Source: Pyrobaculum calidifontis JCM 11548 (GTDB taxonomy: Archaea; Thermoproteota; Thermoprotei; Thermoproteales; Thermoproteaceae). Taken from it: a DNA stretch of 32,000 nt. This document shows, in pieces, positions 7,832 through 15,030 of the stretch (position 1 is its first letter; every line of letters begins with the position of its first letter). The position numbers and the translations under genes are program-made. The notes under the pieces were generated by a model. The model made no database searches and was not told where the DNA came from. It worked only from the letters and a program-made list of their open reading frames with translations. The stretch spans positions 780,001-812,000 of the forward strand of contig NC_009073.1 in NCBI RefSeq assembly GCF_000015805.1, read 5' to 3'.

Positions 7832-7996
7832 CAGGGCACTGAAAAGCGCGGTGTTGATGACCACGGGGCAAGGCGAAGGTGGTCGTGGGGACCTTTGCCG
7901 CTTATGATCAGCTCGTCCCATCCTCTTCACAGCTCGGATAGCAGCCGCTTCACATCACGGCCACAACCTTTTATAGATATTTTTGTCTTTTGTTCC

Positions 7997-8431
7997 ATGG
8001 AGCTAAAGCCGCACCATTACGCGGTCCTTGCAGTGTTGTCACGCGGCGCTAAGACGGCTGAAGAAGTTGCCGCAGAGCTCGACATAGAGCCGCACGACGC
8101 CGAGGCTCTGCTGGGCACCCTAATGGCGTATGGACTAGTGGAGAGGAAGGAGAGAGGCCTCTTCTTCAAGAAGGAGGTCTATGCCCTCACGGAGAGGGGG
8201 TGGGAAGTCTTTGCGCAGTGGAAGCGGGACGTAGAGCAGAAAATTGAGAAGGCAGCGGAGTTGAGGCGCGCCGGGAGAGAGGAGGAGGCGGAGGCCCTCC
8301 TAGGCCCAGTGGTCTCCGTGCTCCCCGTTCTGCTGGCGCTTGGGCTTATAGACCTGGCTCTGTGGCAGTTGGCGATGGGCGAGGCAGAGGAGACAATCGA
8401 CTTCGACGCAGGAGAAGACTGGGCGTTGTAG
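7997..8431 (+). CDS. Winged-helix (wHTH) protein with a C-terminal hydrophobic helix and acidic tail
   Basis: From ATG 7997 the protein reads MELKPHHYAVLAVLSRGAKTAEEVAAELDI...LMAYGLVERKERGLFFKKEVYALTERG (wHTH with wing), then a charged helix, then LLGPVVSVLPVLLALGLIDLALWQLA, then EAEETIDFDAGEDWAL. TTTTATAGA lies about 24 nt upstream. The ORF-track start at 7895 ignores this promoter. Confidence 0.6.
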   Translation: MELKPHHYAVLAVLSRGAKTAEEVAAELDIEPHDAEALLGTLMAYGLVERKERGLFFKKEVYALTERGWEVFAQWKRDVEQKIEKAAELRRAGREEEAEALLGPVVSVLPVLLALGLIDLALWQLAMGEAEETIDFDAGEDWAL

Positions 8432-9234
8432 TGAGCGCCAGGATTTTAGCCGCCGCTGCGCTGTGGTCTACAATAGGCGTAGCGTCTGTGTGGGGGAGAG
8501 ACTACATCTGGCTGGCGTTTTTTCGGTCCATCGTGGCCGCGGCTGCTGCGGCCGCATTGAGAGCCCCGGCGAATAGGGCGGGCTTAGTGCCCGGCCTCCT
8601 CCTCGGAGGTCTCTTTTCAGCGTATCCTGCGGCGGCCTTGTTCGCCGGCGTGGGGCCCGCGGCGTATCTCTTGTACACGGCTCCTCTTTGGACTACTACG
8701 GCCTTGGCGCTGTGGGGCGAGAGGCCAAGCAGGGCCGACCTCGCCGGTGTCGCCCTTGTTGTAGCCGCCGTTGCTGTCGTGCTACTCGCCTCTCTACACG
8801 GGGAGATTTCGCCCATAGGCGTCGCCGCAGGCCTCGCCTCGGGGGCCTTCTACGGGCTGTACATTGCAACCGCCAGGAGGCTCGCCAAGGCAGGGCGCGA
8901 GAAAGCGGCGTCTCTAGGCGCTATGATATATACGCCATTAGTCACGGCGCCCCTTGCCCTGGCATACTTCGCGACTTTCCACAAGTCGCCCACCCCAACT
9001 GCCGTGGCCGCTGGTCTCTACATGGGCATATTTACAACCCTCGTCCCCTACATCCTCTTCGCCTCAGCCGTGGGGAGAGTCGGCGGGGCCAGGGCCTCTG
9101 TGATTGCCTCTGTTGAGCCAGTGTTAGCCGCTGTCTGGGGCGCCTTGCTCTTCGGCCAAATCCCAGGTGTCTACACGCTGGTCGCATACGGCCTTATTAC
9201 CGCGGCGACGTTGCTGGCGTTAAGCAATAAATAG
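8431..9234 (+). CDS. EamA/DMT-family transporter
   Basis: About 10 hydrophobic segments in two EamA-like halves. The probable GTG start at 8431 overlaps the upstream TAG stop (TAGTG). Confidence 0.75.
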   Translation: MSARILAAAALWSTIGVASVWGRDYIWLAFFRSIVAAAAAAALRAPANRAGLVPGLLLGGLFSAYPAAALFAGVGPAAYLLYTAPLWTTTALALWGERPSRADLAGVALVVAAVAVVLLASLHGEISPIGVAAGLASGAFYGLYIATARRLAKAGREKAASLGAMIYTPLVTAPLALAYFATFHKSPTPTAVAAGLYMGIFTTLVPYILFASAVGRVGGARASVIASVEPVLAAVWGALLFGQIPGVYTLVAYGLITAATLLALSNK

Positions 9235-9252
9235 TCGCGGCTTCTCTCGCCC

Positions 9253-10053
9253 ATGATTAAGCTTGCGCATTCCCCCGACGCAGATGATGCCTATATGTTC
9301 TACGGCATTGCCGCTGGCGCCGTGAAGCTCCCGGCGCCGTACGTGGAATTTCTCGCCGATATAGAGACGTTAAACAAGCTGGCCATGGAGGAGCTATTGG
9401 ACGTGACCGCCGTGAGCGTCCACGCGCTGGCCTACATATGTGGCCGGTACTACGTGATGAGAGTTGGGGCTTCCATGGGAGACGGCTACGGCCCAGTGGT
9501 CGTTGCCAGAGAGACAGGCGAGCTACGGTGGGTCGCCGTGCCAGGCCGCTACACGACGGCGGCGCTTCTGCTCAAGCTCGCCATGCCTAAGGTCAAGACG
9601 GTGGAGGTGCCATTCGACAAAGTCCTTGACGCGGTGGCGGCGGGGGTTGTCGACGGCGGCGTAGTCATCCACGAGGGACAGATCACCTACGGTAGGTGGG
9701 GCCTCCGCAAGGTTGTAGACCTGGGGGAGTGGTGGCGGCACGAGACGGGCCTCCCCACGCCGCTGGGCGTGGACGTGGTGCGCAAGGCCCTCGGCAGAGA
9801 GATGGCGGCCACCATCGCCAAGGCGCTGGCCGACTCCATAAGATACGCCGACGAGCACAGAGAGGAGGCGCTGAGGTATGCACAGCGCTTCGCCAGGGGG
9901 CTTACCCTGGAGGACACGGCCAAATTTGTCGACATGTATGTAAACGCCTACACGCGGGACATGGGCGCGGTGGGGGAGAAAGCCATTAGAGAACTTCTCC
10001 AGAGGGCCGCCGAGGCGGGACACGCACCACCTTGCGAAGTGGAGTACATCTAA
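9253..10053 (+). CDS. MqnA/MqnD-family protein (menaquinone biosynthesis via futalosine, PF02621-like)
   Basis: The N-terminal motif KLAHSPDADDAYMFYG and the size (266 aa) match my recollection of this family. I cannot tell MqnA from MqnD. Confidence 0.55.
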   Translation: MIKLAHSPDADDAYMFYGIAAGAVKLPAPYVEFLADIETLNKLAMEELLDVTAVSVHALAYICGRYYVMRVGASMGDGYGPVVVARETGELRWVAVPGRYTTAALLLKLAMPKVKTVEVPFDKVLDAVAAGVVDGGVVIHEGQITYGRWGLRKVVDLGEWWRHETGLPTPLGVDVVRKALGREMAATIAKALADSIRYADEHREEALRYAQRFARGLTLEDTAKFVDMYVNAYTRDMGAVGEKAIRELLQRAAEAGHAPPCEVEYI

Positions 10054-10077
10054 ATTTATTACGGGGTTGTATTAGCC

Positions 10078-12450
10078 GTGCTCTTTGAGCTCGCCAAGAG
10101 GGAGACCGAGTTGGCCAAGGCGGCGCGACATAGGAGGCTATTTGTGCTTGTTGGCACAGACGACAGGGCCTTGGCGGAGGCGGCAGCGGAGGTGTTGAGG
10201 GGGTGGGAGGCGGCTGGGGGCGGGGGGGAGGGGCTGTACATGTTCCAGCCCGAGTTCGCGGATGCGAATAAGCGGATGAATTACTTTAGGGACGCAGTGG
10301 AGGGCTCTCGGCTGGAGGTGGACTTCAGGCCTTACAAGGACACCCCCCGGATACTGGGCACTACGTACGACTTCGCCGTGCTAGACCTTGTAAACGACCT
10401 CAAGCCTAACGACGTTGGGCGGCTTGGCGGAGTAGTGCGGGGCGGCGGCTTTTATGTCTTTCTAATGATGCCTCTAGACGCTTGGAAGCGCTATGTGACA
10501 AAGTTCCAAGCCACTCTCCTCGTGCCGCAGTTTACTCCCAACGACATTAGGCATAGGCTGAAGGAGCGGGTGTGGCGCAGCTTCTACAGCCACAAAGGCG
10601 TCGTAATCTACGACGTCGACAAAAGGGCCCTGCTGAAGTCCTCTGGCATAGAGGAGGCACAGGCGTATGAGCCCAAGCGGCCTGAGCCCCCCGATAAGGC
10701 GGTTCTGCCGCTCAAGGTCTACCGCCTAGCCGCAACGCAAGACCAAGTGGAGGTGCTCAAGCTCTTCGAGGTGTTTTACAACAAGCCTAAGAAGAAGCAG
10801 GCGTTGGTCATCATAGCGGATAGGGGGAGGGGGAAGAGCGCCGCGGTGGGGCTGGGCCTCGCCGGGATTGGGCACAAGCTTAGGAAGGCGAAGGCCCGGG
10901 TGCAGATCGTGGTGTCGGCCATGGAGTACTCCAACTTAGAGACTCTCCTGGAGTTTGTAATTAAGGGCCTCGAGGCGCTTGGCTACAAGCCCGGGGTGGA
11001 GAGGGAGGGGGGCGAGATTAGGGCGATTAAGGCCCGGGGCATTTTCGTAGACGTGGTCACGCCCTACATGTTGCTCAAGAGGGAGAACGCGGACATAGTC
11101 GCAGTGGACGAGGCCGCGGCAGTGCCGCTCCCCGTGTTATACGCGGTGCATAAGAAGTTCGACAGACTGGTGTTCGCCACTACGATTCACGGCTACGAGG
11201 GGGCAGGGCGGGGCTTCTCAATCCGGTTCCTCAAATACCTCAGGGAGTCCAAGGACACAGACGTGCACATATTCGAGATGGAGGAGCCCATCCGCTACGG
11301 CAGAGGCGACCCCGTGGAGGAGTGGCTTTTCGACGCCTTCCTCCTAAACGCCGAGCCTGCCAAGATAGAGCCCGCCGACGTGGAGGCTGCTAAGGCGGGC
11401 AACGTGGTGTATCTCAAGGAGGAGGACGTGATGAGAGACGAGGAGACTTTTAGACAGTTCTTCGGAATCTACGTCCAAGCCCACTATCGGAACGAGCCAG
11501 ACGACTTGGGCATGTTGCTAGACGCCCCCCACCACACGGCCAGGGCTCTGGCGCTTCCCAACGGAAAAGTAGTAGTCTCAGTGGAACTTGCCTTCGAAGG
11601 CGCGCTGGACGACGCGTCTATAGACCAGGCGCTTAGGGGGCTGAAGCTACCCGGCAACATAATACCGGACAGGTTCCTAAAGTACTGGCGGTTGCCAGAG
11701 TTCGCGAAGTTGAAGGGGTGGCGCATAGTCAGAATAGCCACACACCCAGAGCTCCAGGACATGGGACTGGGCACTCTTATGCTCAAGAAGCTGGAGGAAG
11801 AGGCTAGGGCATTGGGGATGGACTGGCTCGGCGTGGGGTTCGGCGTATACGACCGCCTCTTGAAGTTCTGGATTAGGAATGGGTACATCCCAATACACCT
11901 CTCGCCGGAGCGGAACCCCACCTCAGGGGAGTACAGTGTATTGTTGGTAAAGCCGCTTAACGAGAAAGCAGAGGCCTTTGTGAAATACGCCAACGTTGAG
12001 TTCAGGAGGAGGCTCATCCACTCCCTCATGGGCCCATACAACGACATGTCCCCCTCCGAGGTCCAGCTACTCCTCGAGGACTGGGGGTGGGACATAGACG
12101 GCGCAATAGCCCTCTCGAAAAACCAGTTGGACCGACTTGTGGCATACGCATATGGGCCAATGACCTATGAAAATGTGACAGACGCCATCTACACGCTAGT
12201 GGCCCAGTACTTCTACAGCTCGCGCCAGCGGAGGCCAACTCTCCCCGAACCAGCCGTGAGGGCGTTGATAAGCAAGGTGCTAGAAGCAAGGCCTTGGAAA
12301 GAGGCTGCAGAAGCCGCCGGGCTACGCAGAGGAGACTTAATGCTAATCTTGAGAGAAATCGCCAAAGTCCTCCTCTTCTACTACTACGGAGGAGAATTCG
12401 AAGTGCCCCTATTCGTCGTGGGGACAGTCAAAGGGCGAGAAAAAGACTAG
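10078..12450 (+). CDS. tmcA: tRNA(Met) cytidine acetyltransferase TmcA (Nat10 homologue)
   Basis: 790 aa. Walker A ADRGRGKSAAVG, Walker B VAVDEAAAVP, TTIHGYEGAGRGFSIRF, and a GNAT segment RIATHPELQDMGLGTLML. GTG start about 22 nt after the TATA AAATTTATT. Confidence 0.85.
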   Translation: MLFELAKRETELAKAARHRRLFVLVGTDDRALAEAAAEVLRGWEAAGGGGEGLYMFQPEFADANKRMNYFRDAVEGSRLEVDFRPYKDTPRILGTTYDFAVLDLVNDLKPNDVGRLGGVVRGGGFYVFLMMPLDAWKRYVTKFQATLLVPQFTPNDIRHRLKERVWRSFYSHKGVVIYDVDKRALLKSSGIEEAQAYEPKRPEPPDKAVLPLKVYRLAATQDQVEVLKLFEVFYNKPKKKQALVIIADRGRGKSAAVGLGLAGIGHKLRKAKARVQIVVSAMEYSNLETLLEFVIKGLEALGYKPGVEREGGEIRAIKARGIFVDVVTPYMLLKRENADIVAVDEAAAVPLPVLYAVHKKFDRLVFATTIHGYEGAGRGFSIRFLKYLRESKDTDVHIFEMEEPIRYGRGDPVEEWLFDAFLLNAEPAKIEPADVEAAKAGNVVYLKEEDVMRDEETFRQFFGIYVQAHYRNEPDDLGMLLDAPHHTARALALPNGKVVVSVELAFEGALDDASIDQALRGLKLPGNIIPDRFLKYWRLPEFAKLKGWRIVRIATHPELQDMGLGTLMLKKLEEEARALGMDWLGVGFGVYDRLLKFWIRNGYIPIHLSPERNPTSGEYSVLLVKPLNEKAEAFVKYANVEFRRRLIHSLMGPYNDMSPSEVQLLLEDWGWDIDGAIALSKNQLDRLVAYAYGPMTYENVTDAIYTLVAQYFYSSRQRRPTLPEPAVRALISKVLEARPWKEAAEAAGLRRGDLMLILREIAKVLLFYYYGGEFEVPLFVVGTVKGREKD

Positions 12451-12536
12451 TGGCGAAAGCCGACGCCTAATATGTACAGCCCAGCGCTGAGTATATAACC
12501 CCGTCTCTTGCGGCGTAGCATTGCGCCTCTGCGGCT

Positions 12537-12580
12537 TGTTCCGCGTTTGTAGAAACATGTTCCGCGTTTTGTTCCTCGCG
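12537..12580 (+). promoter_or_regulatory. Three direct repeats: TGTTCCGCGTTT twice exactly (12537-12548 and 12558-12569), plus a degenerate TGTTCCTCGCG (12570-12580)
   Basis: Read directly from the sequence. The repeats sit immediately upstream of the TATA TCTAAATAAG (12584-12593), which precedes ATG 12615 by about 26 nt. Confidence 0.4.
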
Positions 12581-12614
12581 TAGTCTAAATAAGCTCCCTG
12601 TACGGTTGAGACAC

Positions 12615-13517
12615 ATGCCCAACTACAAACTACTACTGGTACTGGCCGTGGCGCTAGTGGCGTTCGCCAGCGCTACTAATACGAATACCACAAGCTTTGA
12701 CTTATGGCTCAAGTGCAAGGCCATTGAGCTCTACTTAAACGTCACGGGGGCCAATGCCACAATTCCATGCGACCAAGCACTAAAACAGGTAAGAACAGTT
12801 AATTTTACAAAGGCGCCATTGCCAATGATAGGCGTTGGAGAATTGAGAAAGTTAAATGTGTCTAACCCAGGGCAAGTCTTCAACGAACTCAAGGAGATTA
12901 GGAGAAAGGCCTTGGCCAATCTGACTGCCCACGTGAAGAAAGTACAGCACATGACTTTGAGAGAGTTAAACACCACCGGGCTAGAGGAGGCCTACAATGC
13001 CACAGGTCGCGCAGTAGAGACGTTAGGCCGCGTGGCAACACTCTTGAGGAAAGTCAACGCCTCTCCCGTGGCCGTGGTTGCTGTAGAGAGAGACTTGGAG
13101 TGGATAAATGCCACTCGCCGACTTCTATGGACTTTGCGGCAAGGCGATAGGTGGATTATAACAGCGGTTGGCAATGCCTCCGACGCGGAGATTGAGGAGG
13201 CGTTGAAGAGAGTGGAGGAGCTTAGGAGAGAGTGGGCCGCCTTGTGGGATAGGCTCGAAGAGTACAAACTGGCTTGGCGAGAGTTAGTCCGAAAGCGGGC
13301 GGAGAGGTGGCTAAATGAGACAAACTCAACCCTCTGGGACATATGGATAGCGGCAAGATTAAACCGCGGCGAAGTGGTAAAGTACATCAGAGCTGAAAAC
13401 TTGACGGCGATAAGAGAAATAGCCCAGAAGACAAAAAGGGAGCGCCCAGACATCGTAGAAAGAGAAATTAGGGAAGCAGTCGAAAGAGGTAAAGGACAAG
13501 CTGGTCGCGGCCGCTAA
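12615..13517 (+). CDS. Secreted, heavily N-glycosylation-sequon-rich helical protein (hypothetical)
   Basis: Signal-like N-terminus MPNYKLLLVLAVALVAFASA. 14 N-X-S/T sequons, taking 14 of the 19 Asn residues. Trp- and charge-rich helical C-terminal half. No TM anchor. Confidence 0.6.
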   Translation: MPNYKLLLVLAVALVAFASATNTNTTSFDLWLKCKAIELYLNVTGANATIPCDQALKQVRTVNFTKAPLPMIGVGELRKLNVSNPGQVFNELKEIRRKALANLTAHVKKVQHMTLRELNTTGLEEAYNATGRAVETLGRVATLLRKVNASPVAVVAVERDLEWINATRRLLWTLRQGDRWIITAVGNASDAEIEEALKRVEELRREWAALWDRLEEYKLAWRELVRKRAERWLNETNSTLWDIWIAARLNRGEVVKYIRAENLTAIREIAQKTKRERPDIVEREIREAVERGKGQAGRGR

Positions 13518-13552
13518 ACCCCAATTTTTATACCCCTCCCCTTCTTTCTTAC

Positions 13553-14194
13553 ATGTCGGCATTGCTCAATCTCACTGCTCCGCCGGTTTTGCTCTTGTTT
13601 TTGCCGGCGGCTTTGGTTGGCAATTATACGCTTCCCGTCCCTCCGGCGTCTGAGGTGGCGGCTTTTTCGCTCGACGGGGCTCCTCTGCCCACCTGGGTCT
13701 TGAACGGGACGCTCTACGTGTTGCAAGGCGGCGAGCCGGCGGTGGCCGTTTATGTGCCGAGGTTTTTCAACTCCAGCGGAGTCTACAGCGTGACCGTAGA
13801 AGGCCCCTTTGTGGCACAGGCGCCGCCCGGGGTAATGGTGATAGAGGCTAGGCCACAGCCGGCGAGGGTGGCTGTGAACAAGACGGGGCTATACCTATAC
13901 TTTGACACAGGAGCCACAATTGTCTACCAAGCCTTCACCATACAGCCGACTCCGACGGCAAGCCCACCTCAAACTACGCAGACTACGACGATAAGCCCAC
14001 CTCCAGCGACGACCAGTACGCCGCCTCATGCCACAACCACCACGACGCCCTCGACTACAACAACGCCTAGTCCAACCTCCACCGCTACGCCAACCCCTAC
14101 AGCGCCAGTTGAGTGGTTGCTTGCAATCGTTTTAGTGATCGTCGTAGTGGTGATAGTGGCAATAGTCAGAAGTAGAAAGAGGTGGCGTTTTTAG
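13553..14194 (+). CDS. Surface-anchored protein: signal peptide, a roughly 100-aa domain, a Thr/Pro stalk and a C-terminal TM anchor
   Basis: N-terminal PPVLLLFLPAALVG, 5 sequons, the stalk QPTPTASPPQTTQTTTISPPPATTSTPPHATTTTTPSTTTTPSPTSTATPTPTAP, then WLLAIVLVIVVVVIVAIV and the basic tail RSRKRWRF. Confidence 0.6.
   Translation: MSALLNLTAPPVLLLFLPAALVGNYTLPVPPASEVAAFSLDGAPLPTWVLNGTLYVLQGGEPAVAVYVPRFFNSSGVYSVTVEGPFVAQAPPGVMVIEARPQPARVAVNKTGLYLYFDTGATIVYQAFTIQPTPTASPPQTTQTTTISPPPATTSTPPHATTTTTPSTTTTPSPTSTATPTPTAPVEWLLAIVLVIVVVVIVAIVRSRKRWRF
13943..14107 (+). repeat. Low-complexity Thr/Pro/Ser-rich stalk coding segment
   Basis: Corresponds to residues 131-185 of the 213-aa protein. Confidence 0.7.
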
Positions 14195-14202
14195 CGGCTA
14201 GG

Positions 14203-15030
14203 CTATCCCGTTGCCACCGCTGTTGCAACCGCCGTAAAAACTGCTACGCCGCCTAATATTTGCTTGGCGGTGAGGCTTTCTAAGCCGGTGGCTTTTGCGT
14301 ATAGCTGTGCTATTAGGGGCGAGAGAGAGACGACTATTGTTGTCAGCGAGAGGCCTGTCCTTTCCACAGAGAGGGCGAATAACGCCGAGCCTACTCCTAG
14401 GTCTAGCACAGAGGCCGCCGCGAAGGGGAGGGACTTTACCACTCTTATTCTCCGCGTTAAGAGGCCGTAAAGCCCCAGCGCGGCTGCGGCGGAGGTTGCC
14501 CTTAGGTAGGCTATGGCGACTGGGTGTACGCCTCCTAGAGAGGCGAGCTTTATGGCCGACATGCCCGCGCTCCACGTCAGGGCCGTCCCCGCCGCCGCCA
14601 GGAGGCCGGGCACGCTCAGCCTTGCCTCGCCGCCTTTTGTCAAAAGCGCGACCCCCACCACGATTAAGATTGAGGAGAGGAAGAGCATGTGGGACACAGA
14701 CTCGCCTAGGAGTAGGGCAAAGTACTGGGCAATTATTATGTAGGTGTACGCCAGTGGGGCCGCTATAGACCCCCCGACCTTGGAAATGGCATAGAAATAG
14801 AGACTGTCGCCGACTACGAGAGTTATCAACCCGCTGAAAACTGCGGCTAGAATGCCCGGCGAGGGGGCTGTGAACAGGGCCGCTGGCCACATGGAGAGAG
14901 CCACGTAGGCCAGTCTGGAGAAGTTTACAGACACGGGGTCTAAATCCGCCATGTGTCGCTTGTACAGGAATATCACTAGCCCCCAGATGGTGGCCGCGGC
15001 TAGGGCCGAGAGAACCCCTAAGAGGTCCAT
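14203..15030 (-). CDS. EamA/DMT-family transporter
   Basis: Polytopic protein with two EamA-like halves (…AATIWGLVIFLYK…). Its ATG overlaps the aIF-2 beta stop (TAATG). Confidence 0.75.
   Translation of the reverse strand: MDLLGVLSALAAATIWGLVIFLYKRHMADLDPVSVNFSRLAYVALSMWPAALFTAPSPGILAAVFSGLITLVVGDSLYFYAISKVGGSIAAPLAYTYIIIAQYFALLLGESVSHMLFLSSILIVVGVALLTKGGEARLSVPGLLAAAGTALTWSAGMSAIKLASLGGVHPVAIAYLRATSAAAALGLYGLLTRRIRVVKSLPFAAASVLDLGVGSALFALSVERTGLSLTTIVVSLSPLIAQLYAKATGLESLTAKQILGGVAVFTAVATAVATG

Noticed and set aside
7855-7915. Possible C/D-box sRNA: TGATGA at 7855-7860 and TGATCA near 7904
   Set aside because: There is no CUGA D box at the expected 3' position, no recognisable D'/C' pair with 12-nt guide spacing, and the minus strand has the boxes in the wrong order. 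The locus is kept only as an unclassified candidate RNA.
7895-7996. 34-aa N-terminal extension of the wHTH ORF (MPLMISSSHPLHSSDSS...)
   Set aside because: It would be translated through the gene's own TATA box (about 7969-7977). The wHTH domain begins cleanly at Met 7997, which sits at leaderless distance.
10808-10814. C-box-like ATGATGA on the minus strand inside tmcA, and GTGATGA at 22710-22716 (minus) inside the HAD/ECH gene
   Set aside because: No CTGA D or D' boxes occur within about 70 nt downstream on that strand, so these are most simply chance heptamers in coding sequence.
11484-12095. 203-aa antisense ORF inside tmcA. Similar antisense or off-frame ORFs occur at 6354-6860, 9523-10023, 12992-13453, 17432-17839, 23849-24340 and 4803-5303
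   Set aside because: All are embedded opposite or out of frame to genes with strong motif support. Their Ser/Arg/Pro-rich composition is typical of shadow ORFs, and none has an independent TATA/start geometry.
12491-12498. Distal TATA-like GTATATAA as the promoter of an antisense RNA against the tmcA 3' end
   Set aside because: On the minus strand a T-run (complement of 12441-12445) follows almost immediately, so any such RNA would be tiny. The element is retained only as a possible distal plus-strand promoter in the repeat finding.
13943-14107. Periodic ACC/ACG/CCT-rich DNA considered as a tandem repeat or CRISPR-like array
   Set aside because: There is no unit repeat of fixed length and no spacers. 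It is in-frame low-complexity coding sequence for a Thr/Pro stalk. No CRISPR-like repeat-spacer structure was seen anywhere in the window.
14198-14890. 230-aa ORF on the minus strand (Arg/Pro/Gly-rich)
   Set aside because: It is an alternative frame of the EamA transporter gene on the same strand. Its composition is typical of an off-frame ORF in GC-rich DNA, and it has no promoter or motif.
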